DNA from: Balamuthia mandrillaris
Lineage: Eukaryota
Assembly (NCBI GenBank): GCA_031835245.2
Contig: JAVKOQ020000110.1
Coordinates: forward strand, 1 to 64,000
DNA: 64,000 nt
Direction: 5' to 3'
Under the pieces are notes generated by a model. The model did no database searches, was not told where the DNA came from, and was given only the letters and a program-made list of their open reading frames with translations. The position numbers and the translations under genes are program-made. Positions 1 through 11,239 of the stretch are shown piece after piece (position 1 is the first letter of the stretch; every line of letters begins with the position of its first letter).

Positions 1-562
1 ACCCCTTACGAGCTTATGTTTGGGAGGGAGTCCAACGGTACCTGCTTGGTGGACACTACTCATCTGTCTGATGATTCGTGGGTGAGGCAACTGCAGGAGA
101 CACAGCGTGAACTTGCAGAAGAAGCCCGCAGAGTAGACAACGCCCAAAAAGAGAAGACGAAGAAACGGCATGGCAAGCTGGAGGAAGAGTTTAAGGTTGG
201 CGACCTGGTTCTCATTCACTCCAAAGCTACATCCATTGGTGAGTCTAAGAAACTTCGACGTAGTTGGAAAGGAGGACCCTACAAGATTATCAAAATCTGT
301 TCTTCGCAGACAATCAAGGTGCGCTGGTCCTGAAATGAATAAAGTGGTAAACCTCAACCGTGTCAAACGATTTATTCTGTGTGACGACGAAGACAGACAG
401 CTTGCTGATGATGCATACGAGGTTGAGAAAATTCTTGACCACCACTATACCAATCGAGGACTTGAATACAGGTTGAAGTGGAAAGGTTTTTCCATCTGCC
501 ACAACTCTTGGGAGCCTGAACGCAACGTTATCAACGCCCCAGACCTGGTCCAGGCATATTGA
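1..562 (+). mobile_element. 3' end of pol of a Ty3/gypsy chromovirus LTR retrotransposon (integrase C-terminus + chromodomain), frameshifted
   Basis: Frame 16-333 has the integrase C-terminal GPY/F module (FKVGDLVLI...KLRRSWKGGPYKIIK). After a frameshift near 322-330 the other frame gives VVNLNRVKRF and a chromodomain (YEVEKILDH...LEYRLKWKGF...NSWEPERNV). Confidence 0.9.
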
Positions 563-616
563 AGAGCGGTATCATGATTATCAGCCTGACAGTCAATCAC
601 AGAGTGACTTTGGCCT

Positions 617-779
617 GGGAGGAGGAAGTGTTATACCACTCTCCTGTAATACCTATCACTTATGTTAAAGACAAAAACAAAAACAAAGACAAAGAACCAT
701 AAAATAATGAAAAAAGCAAGTTAACTAACTTTCTTTTCTTTTAAAAATATAATAAACACTGCTTGACTTGCTAGCATCA
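617..779 (+). mobile_element. Polypurine tract (617-628) and putative 3' LTR (629-~779)
   Basis: GGGAGGAGGAAG is directly followed by TGTTATA at 629, with AATAAA at 751-756 and ...AGCATCA ending at 779. The right boundary is uncertain because the 5' LTR is outside the window. Confidence 0.6.
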
Positions 780-3030
780 AATGAAGTGTTTCACTCTTTT
801 TCTGGGTTGAAGTGTTCTATTACTCTTCTATGATACCTATCCCTATCTCTCCTTGTATAAATATCTCTTCTTATCATTCTATTAAAGGTCTTTTCCCTAT
901 GCCCATTGAATTGGTGTCCGTTAGGTTGTTCCCTACTAGCCTTATCACAGAAGAGAAATGACTTCAGAGACTTATTGGCATGTATCAGCAAAACAAGGTT
1001 GTTACCTAAGCAACACTTACCTGTAGAAAAGTGACTGCTCATACTCCTTTATTACTGTCATGCCTATCCACTATTTCTGTATTTGGCTTGTGATTGGTAT
1101 GGTGAACAGTACTGATGGTAGTGCTTCAACCTCATGTTTCTTGGAGAATGTTGAAATGGCGTTTTAAGCATGGAATGTAGTTAAGCAAGCATCATATCAC
1201 AGTGATCTTGGATGAAAACCTACAGTGAGTTTTCAATTCAGATACATACTTTGGATCAGTGACGCCTATTCTGGAAGTCTGCCTGACAAGGCACTCATCG
1301 GTTTGCCAAGCATTATCAATAGCTCTCCTGCAACACAACAAAAGATAATGTTTTCATTACAGACAAAGGCTTTCCCCTTCTTGACCATCTTTCTCACCAG
1401 ACAGTCTTTCTTCCTGATAACCCAGATTCTACATCAAAATACAACAAAAATACAAATCCAATCCATTCAGTTATGGAGAAGTGTTTTAGCTCTTTGGAAA
1501 GGTTCAGGATTATAAGTGACTTATTTTGATTACATCTTAAACAGGACCTACCAAAAAGCAAAAAGCATAATGATCAATATTGACATGTGCTTTGAAGTAT
1601 CTATAACCTCTATTTTGCACCTCTTTATGATACTGATAATCACTTTAGAGGCACGCCAAGTGAACTATGACTGTTCTTCTTCCCTTAACTCAGCTTCTTT
1701 CTCTATTTTTCATGCTTTCTCCATTTTCTCCAAACACACCAAAAAGGGAAAATTTTTCGCCAAAAACATGAAAAGGCCTAATTTTAGCTTTTTTTCACCT
1801 TTTTCTAAATACTTTCTCCAAATTTTACACCAAGTTAGGCAAACAATGTGTGTTCTTTAAAACTGACTGAGTCAATGAATTGATACATTTTTTTTTTGTA
1901 TTGTTTGTAGTGCCACTGAGTAGTATTAAAAAGGGTGAATAACATGAACAGACAGGGCCAAGAGCCCAGGCTTTGGAAGATGGGTTAATGATACTAGTGA
2001 TAAGAGCTTTGTACCATCATTCCAGTGGCTGATCCTCTTGCAAGTAGAACTCAAGGGCACAGATAAAGGTCAAAGTGTTGGAAAACTCCAACATAGTAGC
2101 TCTTCCTTCTGCTGAGTTCTCCTTCTACCATCGACCTGAGGAAACCTCTCATCTTTCCCTTTTCCTTTCTTGATGTTTCCTTTTCTCTCTCTTTATGCTT
2201 TGTTCTTTTATGGATCTTTCTTCTAGTTTAAATACTGCCTCTCCTTGTTTCTTCTTCCTTCCTCTCAGGACAACTTCCAACAAAATACTTTACTTGTATT
2301 CTTTACTTTTAGTAAATTAAGTTCAGCTCTTGTACTTACTTTGTCTTCGCTATCATTCCTGTTCTTATTTTACAACAAAAGGGTTGGAAATCTTCAGATC
2401 ATCCAGGTTGAACTTGGGAAGATCTCAAGGGAAGGATCAGTTCTTTGCCAAAGGGACTGAAGAAGTAGATGAAGAAGCTGTGTTGCAAGACGGTTGGCAT
2501 GGGACAAAGACAGAGGCCAACACTAACGAGGAAGCCAAGAAAAAGGCAGACTTGGGCTTCACAGGTGTAGAAAAAATAGGGTCATCCTCTGTACCATCTT
2601 TTGAAATAGAGTCTGTCTCAATGGTGGATTAGCTGTCAAAGAGGGGGGAACAACAAAGGAAGTAGGGACAGGAGGACGGGAAAAAAAGGGGGAAGTTCCT
2701 GTTATCTAGGTCATTGATTGCTTGCGACAACCAATTGATTTTGTTGCCAAAGAAGACTGCTTTCTTCTGGTGCTTTTCTTCTTCTTGGATTTTCTAAGTT
2801 GATGAAATAATAGCAAGAGAGTTGCCAAACAATCTGGTATGGATTTCATCAGCAAAGGCATGCTCACCCTCTTTTGTCTGAAGGAAGTGATACAAGAGCT
2901 CTTCCTATTCCTCCACAATGCGAGCCATGAGAGCGTAAGATGCATACGACGTCTTTGAGGCTTTTGGGATGGATCTGCGCCTATGAGGGAGAAGTTAGGG
3001 TTGTTCCGTTTCTTGCTCCACAAAGCTTAT
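780..3030 (-). pseudogene. Decayed, CpG-depleted ORF remnant(s), probably transposon-derived (possibly gag-like)
   Basis: Minus-strand protein-like frames are broken by stops (SYALMARIVEE*EELLYHFLQ...; FICALEFYLQEDQPLE*WYKALITSIINPSSKAWAL). Only about 10 CpG counted in 781-2640. Confidence 0.4.
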
Positions 3031-3189
3031 TCAATCAGTGTTCCAAAGGCCATGCAACAAACAAGTGAACTTCTTCAAAGCCACATGTTCCCCATTCTCC
3101 TCCTTGCGTCGACACGAAAGGAAGTCGACATATAAACCAGCCAGTTGTTCCCTTTCAAGAAAATTATCGACGAAGGAATCGAGGCAACC

Positions 3190-3222
<33 letters not shown>

Positions 3223-3260
3223 ATAAAAACATAAAAACATAAAAAGAAAGAACAGGACCC

Positions 3261-5558
3261 ATGCTCGCAGCTCCTCCTCGGGACAGCAACAAAGGCGTCG
3301 CTTCGGCGGTGGTGGAGCGGTTGCCGCTGCGAGAGGTCGAAGTTATGAACAAAGTGGGGGAGGACGCTCTCGGCGACCTCTTTCAATGCTTGTATAGAGA
3401 AAGAGACTGCACCGCTCACTTGGTTCGAATGGAGGAGCCCTCCCTCGTTGAAGAGTTTTGTTCGGAGGCTTCTCGTGTGCAAACGTTCGTTTAATGTTTT
3501 TTTTGTTGGTTATGTTGTTCATTACGGCGCTGTTTGTCTCTTTCTTCGTAACGCGTTACCACTTGTTTTTTTTTATTTCGTATTGTTTTTAACTTTCATT
3601 TCCTTTTTTTTTTTTGTTCTTGGTCTTGTGGTTGTTATGGTTGTTGTGGTGGTTGTGGTTGTGGTTGTGGTTGTGGTTGTGCTTCTTCTTCTCCTTCTCT
3701 CCTTCTTCTTCTTGTTCTTCTTCTGGTAACAGTGAGTTATCAACAAAATGCGAACACTTGGAACAAATCATTGGCGTCGTTACCGAGAGAGAAGGCTGCG
3801 TTTTACTGGTGAGCGAAGGTTCCTACACCACCGCCGAGCATCTCCTCCAACAAAGCGTGGTGAGCTTCACGACAAAGATGGCGTGGGCTCGCTCCGTGGC
3901 TCAAGCAATGCTCTTTCTGAATGGACGCGACTCGCAGTATACACATGCCCAGTTGAACATTCGGCATGTTTTGGTTTGTTGTTCTTTCTTTTTGTACACT
4001 CGTTTATCATTCCTCTTTCTTCTCTCTTTTCTTCATTGGTGTTGAGTATTTTAAAATAACCCAAAAGGTGAGCAAAGACATGAATAAAGCAGTGCTAAGC
4101 AATTACGCGTTTTCTAAGTTTCGAACACAACGAAAGAGGCTGTCTGAGTACAATTGGCAGAGCCCTGAAAGACTCTCCAACCTTCCTTCCTACAACGGCC
4201 AAAGCTCTGATGTTTATTCCTATGGCATTCTCCTATGGGTTACTTTCCTCTTTCTTCCTGGTCGTTTCTTGTCGTTTCTTTCTTTCTTGTCGTTTCTTTC
4301 TTGTCGTTTCTTTCTTTCTTTCGTTTCTTTCTTTCTTGTCGTTTCTTTTCTCTCTCTCCCTGCTTTCACTAATAGTAATAAGCGTTCTTAAATATTTGCA
4401 GCAACTAGTAACACAAAAGATGCCATTTCAGACCTGCAAATCTCTCTCTGAAATGATAGCTGCCATCTGTGAGGCCAACCAACGGCCCTCCATTCCAGAG
4501 GACTGTCCAGAGCGTTTGATGCAGCTGATGACAAGCTGTTGGTCCTCCAATCCGGAGCGTAGACCCACTTTCGAGCAGATCGTGGAGGCTTTTGGAGAGA
4601 TACTGCTTGAGTTTCGCGTGGAGGATGAACTGGGACGAAAATTTTGGAAGCGTCATTTCATGGATAAGGATCGTACGGACTGGGAGTCTTTTTACACCAA
4701 CTTTTATGCTTTTTTGAAGCTGGATCCGCCAAAGCCGACTGACATTAAGCTCGTTTGTCTAAATGCGCTCATGGAGGAACTTGGTAATGTTGTTCTTCTT
4801 CTTTTGCTTCTTCTTCTTCTTCTTCTCTTCCTCATCTCCTCCTCCTTCTTATTCTTATTCGTCTTTTGCTTGTTTTTAATTCTCTGTATTCAATATGAAC
4901 AGGAGACGCTGAGCAAAAAGGGGTTGTGACTTTGAAACAATTTTCTGATATGTTGGAATGGTTTGGTCCTTTGGAAGGGCCTGGTATCCTCGATCGCATT
5001 CACGAACAACTTAGTCAAGGGTTTCTCTTTCTTTCCTCTCTTTTCTCTTTCCTCTTTCTGGCTCCTTCATTCATCTTTCTTCTTTTTATCTTATCTTCCT
5101 TTATTTATGCTTCAAACAAAAAAAGTTGGTTTCACGGGAAGTTATCAGGAGCAGAAGCGGAGAAAGCTGTTCTACAACACCCACATGGCAGTTTTCTGTT
5201 CCGCTTTAGCAGCAGCGAGCCCGGCTCCTATGCCATCACTGTACACAGCAAGAGAGGTTCTGTAAAACACTTTCGCGTTCGTCACAGACCCGGTCTTAAT
5301 TATCTGTACGTAGAAAACGTACTTTCTTTTATGTATCTGACTCTCTGCCTTGTTCTCCCGCTTTGGTATGTTTCCTCGTTCTGTCTGTCTGTATGTAGTA
5401 TCGGGAAGACGGAGTGCAAAACGTTGAACGAAATCATATTCGTGTTCAAGAAAGACCTCAACCTTCAAAAACCCTGTCCTGGCTCCAAGTTCCAGCAGCT
5501 GTTCAAAGTGGACAACTTTCTTGTGAATAGGTATCAGGATTGGGAGGATGGTTTGTAA
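3261..5558 (+). CDS. TKL-fold pseudokinase with C-terminal SH2 domain (Shk-like), multi-exon
   Basis: Kinase C-lobe motifs (WQSPE, SDVYSYGILLW, RPSIPEDCPERLMQLMTSCWSSNPERRPTF) and SH2 (WFHGKLS...GSFLFRFSSSEPGSYAITV). Catalytic motifs are degenerate. Confidence 0.88.
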
Positions 5559-6409
5559 AACAAAGAGGGAAAAAAAAAAACAAAAACAAATACAAAAACA
5601 AAAAAAAAGACTGTCTTTGTTTTGTCTGTTCTTTTCTTTTGTTCCCTTGTGGGTTCTACAGAAGCAAAAGGGAAAGAAAAAAGGTTGGGCCAAGGAGAAC
5701 AAAAGAGCGAGAACGTAACGTTTCATTCATTAGCCAGGCATTCCGTTCTCCCGGCTATGTTCAACGGTGTGGTGTTCTCCGCCGCTCATCCGTGTCCCGA
5801 CCGTTACACCGCGCCCTCCCTGGGCACCCGGAGGACAATTTCCGCCCCCGTCGGGTGGCATAACCGGCGGTTTAAATTTGGGCAAGGGTTAAAAGAAAAA
5901 AAAGAAATATTTTTTTTTTGTGGCGAAAAGAAAAGAAAAAAATTAAAAACTCGGAAAGAGCGCAAAAAAGAACAGAGAGAGAGAGCGCGCTGACACAACA
6001 CTCGGTCGAGCGTTTCATCTGTGCTGAGAACCGCCCAACTTTTTTCTTTCGAAGAAGAACAGACAGGTAACCTATTTTTTTTTTTTTGAAAGCATTTTTG
6101 GGGAGGGAAAAACGAAAAATGTGAAGCGAAGGAAAGCTTGTTGGTACAAAAAAAAAGTAGCGGCGTGGATGGATTGAATGATGATTTATTTTTTTAATTT
6201 TAGTTTAGTTTATTTTATTTTATTTTTGAGAGAGTTGCGGTTTCTTTTTGTGGTTTTGTAGGATTGGGACGGACGTTCAAAGACTGAGGGAGATTACAAC
6301 GTTGGAAAATATCTCTCTCTTTGCAACAAACAGCCTCTAATTGCGCAACTACTCACACCTCAACAGGTCTTTTTTTTCCTCTTGATCTACTTGCAAACCA
6401 AACAACACA

Positions 6410-7788
6410 ATGTAAAGTATTCGGCTGGCCGATTTTTTTCCCCATCTTATTTCACTCTCTTTATTTGTTGTTTCTGTTGTTACGACGACACAACCAACTC
6501 ATCAACGGCAAAAAATGAATATAACAACAGGGGAGACGCTTACAAGATCATTATTTTGGGCAACCCTAACGTTGGCAAGACCTCCCTCATTTTGAGGTGG
6601 GCCGACGGCAAGTTTGACGACGAAGGCCCGGAAAACGTGGACTCTGTGCGTGTTTTTTTTTAAACCCTGTCACGCTGCCCTTTGCTACCCTTCACCTCGG
6701 CTTATTTTTTTGGTTTGTTTGTGGTTTCTCCCTTCTGCAGAAAACAAAAAGTGTAACTATTGGCTCGAAAGAAATCAAGCTGACAGTGGTATGTTCTCCT
6801 CCCTGTTTTCTTCAGTTCTATCGCTTTTCTCTTCTTCTTCTTCTGTTCTCTTCTCTTTCTCTCTCCTCTTTTCTGTTTATATTCTGTTCTCTCATTATTT
6901 TCTCTCTTCTCCCGCTTCTACTTCTACTTCGTTTCCCCTTACTTAAATTTCCATTCTATTTGGAAAGACGGACACGGCGGGACAAGAGCGATTCAGGACA
7001 TTAACGTCCAGCTACTACCGTAACGCTGATGCCATCCTTGTCGTATACGACATCAGCAACGAAGACAGTTACACAGACGTACCCGCTTGGGTGGAGGAAG
7101 GCCAACGGTATGCTGTTGACTCGATTATGTTCCTCGTTGGCAACAAGTCTGACCTTGCCGATCAACGAGTAACAGAAGCGGATGTTGCCAAGGTACTCGT
7201 TTTCCTATGTGCCCTTTGTGTTTTGTATTTTTTATTTGTCAGCCTCTCTTCTCTTGTTCTCTTCTCTTCTCTCGTTCCCTCTTCGCTTTGCTTTATTTTT
7301 TCCTTCTTAATTTCTTTTTCAGCCTTTGAGTCATTTCGACGAGAGAGAGAGAGAGAGAGAGAGAGAAGAGAAGAGAGCCGGAAAGAAGAGAGAAAAAAGA
7401 TTCATGAAGTTTCTTGACTACGTTCTCGATTTTATATTTACCCAAGTTTCTCCTTTGACAATTAGCAATATGCGGAAGATGAGGACATAGCATTCTACAT
7501 GGAAACTTCTGCCAAAACAGGAGAGAACGTGGAGGAGTTGTTCAAAGCGGTGGCCAAGAAGCTAGAGGGAACGTACGTTCTCCGTTTCCTCTTCCTTTCT
7601 GTCTCTTCGTTACTCTTTCTGTTCTTCTCCCTTTTTTCCTCCAAGTTTCTTGTTTCTTGTCTTTCCACCTCTGATGTATGGAGAATCAATACAGGTTTGC
7701 ACCAACTGCGCAAGACAAAGGAGACACTATAAAATTGGACGATCAAAGCGGCAAACCCAAGAAAAGAAAAGGCCGATGCATTGTCTAA
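6410..7788 (+). CDS. Rab-family small GTPase, multi-exon
   Basis: GNPNVGKTS, DTAGQERFRTLTSSYYR, LVGNKSDL, ETSAKTG. C-terminus reads KPKKRKGRCIV*. The start ATG appears split by intron 6412-6530. Confidence 0.92.
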
Positions 7789-8151
7789 ATATTTCTCCTA
7801 CTTACTGTCTTATTTTATTTTATTTTTTTCCATTTCCTTCCTCCCAGCTTTCGTCTCTCTGAAGTTTTTTTTTTCGCTTGTTTTTTTAACCACCCACTGG
7901 AAGAAGGTCTGCCACAACTTCCGCTCAGCAGCAATGCTCTTCCTCTTTTTTTGGCCCCTCTCTATTGTCTTTCCCCTCCTTCCCAACACAACCGCTCCGA
8001 TTGCCGACGCCGGCATCATTCACCATAGGCTGTATTCTTTAAAAACAACAACACTCGTTTTCCCACCATCATGCGCTTTTCTCCTCAAATGTTTATTCTG
8101 CTCTGTAAAGTTGTGTTGCGTGGGTGATTTGGTGAAAGATTTTTTTTTTGT

Positions 8152-10319
8152 TTAGAGAGGAGAGTGAGAAAGAGAACGGGAGCGAGAACGGGCAGGAGAA
8201 GGCGAACGAGAAGGGGAAGGGCTAGGAGAGCGAGAAGCGGAACGAGACCGGTCCCTCCTTTTGGGAGACGGAGAGCGGGAACGAGAGGAAGGAGACTGTC
8301 TCTCCTTTGGAGAGCCCCTTTCTTCCGGTGGCGGGGATGAAGAAGAACGGGCTTTGTTTTCTTCCATAGGTTTTCTTGCTAATGGAGGAGAAGAGCGCGA
8401 TGATTCGTCTCGTCGCCTTCGTTCTTCTGCATCGGGAAGAGGGGACCTATCGCGTCTTCGTTCTTCGCGCTCTCTTTCATATTCCCGTCTTTCTTCTCTT
8501 CTTTCCTCGTCATAGCGTTCTCTTCTTGGATTGTAAGAATTTCGTTCGTAATGTCGACGAGAGCGGAACTTGTCACGGGTGCTGAGAGGAACCACCGGGC
8601 TCTGCTCGCGTCCGCGCCAATGCACGCGTCCTCGGCCTCGCACACCACCACTTGAGGAAGATGGAGGAGGAGAGCGACTATTGTCTCGGGCTCGTTTTCT
8701 AGCAGGGCTTCTACTCCTTCTGTTTCGACGATGTCTGTCGTCTTCTCGACGAAAACGTCTGCTTCGATCGTCGTCATAGTCGTCATCGCGGTGACCACGA
8801 GATCGTCTTCCTCGGCTTCGACTGTGGCTCCTACTGCTGCTCCTGCTTCTACTTCGACTTCTGCTCCGTCTTCGTTCTTGGCTTCTGCTTCTCTTTCGCG
8901 AGCGCTTTTCACCGGCATCCCTTTCTCGCGCTTTGTCTTCCTCTCCGGTTCCTTTTTCTGCCTTGTGCTCTACTTCTTTTTCTTTTTCCTTTGCTTCTTC
9001 TCCTGAACCATGTTTATCACCATCTTCTTCTTCTTTGCTTCTTCTCCTGGAGCCACTTCTCTTTTTTCTTCGCTTTTCTTTCCTCTTTTTGTCTTTATTC
9101 CTCTTTTGACTCCTCCTCTTTTTTCTTCTGTCATCACCGTCGGAGTCGCTGCTGGACGATGATGCACTGTCACTACTTTCAGGATCAGACTCGGATTCGC
9201 TCGACTCTGAATCAGACGACCCAGAAGAGGAAGGGGTTCGTGTCTTTCTTGTCTTCTTTCTTTTCTTTTTCTTCTTCTTATCGTCGTTGCTTTTCTTTGA
9301 TTTCGAGGAGGAAGAGGAAGAAAGAGACTTCGTCTGATCGGTGGCTGCCGCTGAAGAACGTCTTACGAGCTCTCCCGAATTGGCAATGATAATTTTTGCA
9401 AAGGGTTTGTCGTTCTTGTCAGTGAGCTCGTTTTCAATGATTCTGACTACCTCCATCCCTGACACCACTCTGCCAAACACAACGTGCTTCCTGGATTGAA
9501 TCCAAAATGTAGGTTATCGAAAGAGCAGAGAGCAGAGAAGACGAGAAGAGAAGACAGAAAGAAGACGAGAGGGCAGAAAAAAAGAGAGTGAAGACGAGGA
9601 CATACCCATCGAGATGCGGCGCAGGATCAGTCGTGATAAAGAACTGAGAGCCATTCGTATTCGGACCAGCTACATAACCAAAAAAAAAAACCGTGCTTAG
9701 CGTTCTCTCTCTCCTTTCACAACAAACGAACAAGCTGAATATGAAGGAACGAACCATTTGCCATGGAGAGAAGCCCAGGTTGAGAGTGTCTCCGCTTAAA
9801 GTTCTCATCGTTGAAAGTTCTGCCGTAGATGGACTCTCCTCCGGTGCCGTTGTGGTTGGAGAAGTCTCCTCCTTGTATCATGAAGCCTTTGATCACTCGG
9901 TGGAGGGGACAGCCCTTGTAGTGTAAAGGCTTGCTCGTAGCTTTGCCTAATCCTTTCTCCCCTTTTGTTTTTTTAACATGAATCGCACAGGGAAAAGATG
10001 TTTTAGTGAGAGAAATCAATAAAAAAAAACCAACAAACCAGTGCAAAGAGCACGAAAGTTTTCGGCTGTTTTTGGAGTGACATCCGCAAAGAGCTCAAAG
10101 ACCACTCGACCAACTGGTTTAACATTTGTTGTTTGGGGGGGTTCAGCGGATTTGATTGTGGTTGCAGTGAAATGTTAGAGTTTTAATGTTAGGATAGTTT
10201 TTTTTGTTGCACTGACTGCGTACAACGCACAGAGAGAGAGAGAGAAACGCACTTGGTTTTTTGTCTATTTCAATGTCGAAAAACGTGCGAGGATTGGTGG
10301 CAGAAGCTCCTTTCGACAT
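8152..10319 (-). CDS. PPIG: Cyclophilin-type PPIase with long RS-rich tail (PPIG/SR-cyp-like)
   Basis: [57 protein letters not shown], then a ~400 aa K/S/RS-rich region. Confidence 0.88.
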
Positions 10320-10384
10320 GGCTTCCCTCTCTTCAAAGCTTTCGCCCACTTCTTAGCCCTTTTTTTTTTCCCTGTGTGTGGATT

Positions 10385-10510
10385 AAAAGGTCGACAATTC
10401 ATCATGTCGTCCTGGATTATGAGGCAATAATACAATCTTGTCGACTCGCTAGGTTAAAATCACGTCGACCCGAATATTTGCGTGGACATAGTATCCCGCG
10501 TCGACCCGAA
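10385..10510. promoter_or_regulatory. Bidirectional promoter (PPIG/PPR1) with four GTCGAC palindromes
   Basis: GTCGAC at 10390, 10440, 10464 and 10500 within a ~220 bp divergent gap. Confidence 0.6.
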
Positions 10511-10539
10511 ACTAAGGTTCGAGGAAAAGAAGGCGGAAG

Positions 10540-11207
10540 ATGAACGTGGCTGCTGCTGTGGGAAGACGTTCGCTTGCTCCTCCTCCGGCGGGGTCCCGCC
10601 TTGCGGCAGCCGTGGTCGGTGGTGCAAGGCCCAAACCCGGTGGTTGGGTTGCGGGGGGAAGGCTTATGCGAGGCTTCACTTCTTCATCTTCTTCTTTGCT
10701 TCCCTCTCGTCGGTTCGGGGGAGCTCACGCAGCCGCATCATCGTCCGGTTCGTGCCTCTTCTCGGGTCGATGCGGTCGTTCCTCTTCTTTCGTCCTCGTT
10801 CCTCCTCGCACTCGTTCCTCCCTCCCTTTCCTTCCCTCAAGAGGTACGCATAAACGCACTCCTTTTAAAAAACAAATAATCCAAAGAGTTCTTTGATCAA
10901 AGCCCCAATTATCTTTTTTTTTTCTTCACCACCGCCCTGCAGGAAAGACAACCGGCAAGATTAACAACAACACCAACAACGGGCTGAAACGGCTGATCGC
11001 TCACTGCCGGCAGGTCTTCCTCCCGTCCGACAATGAAGCAGGAGAGGGAGATGCGGCACAAAAGGACGGGGAGACGGGTCCTCGGTCTTCCCTCTCTCTC
11101 CTTCTCACTCCCAGTTTTGCCACTCATCCCAATTACTTTTACCGCCTTCTTCAGCTCTTGAAAAACGAAATTAGCGCCTCTGCTTCTGCTCCTCCACCTC
11201 CCACCGC

Positions 11208-11239
<32 letters not shown>

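Noticed and set aside
5730..5872. TPP riboswitch or SRP/5S/snRNA identity
   Set aside because: The minus strand has GGGTGC and ACCGTTGAAC but lacks CTGAGA and TGAT cores. No other family signature was found.
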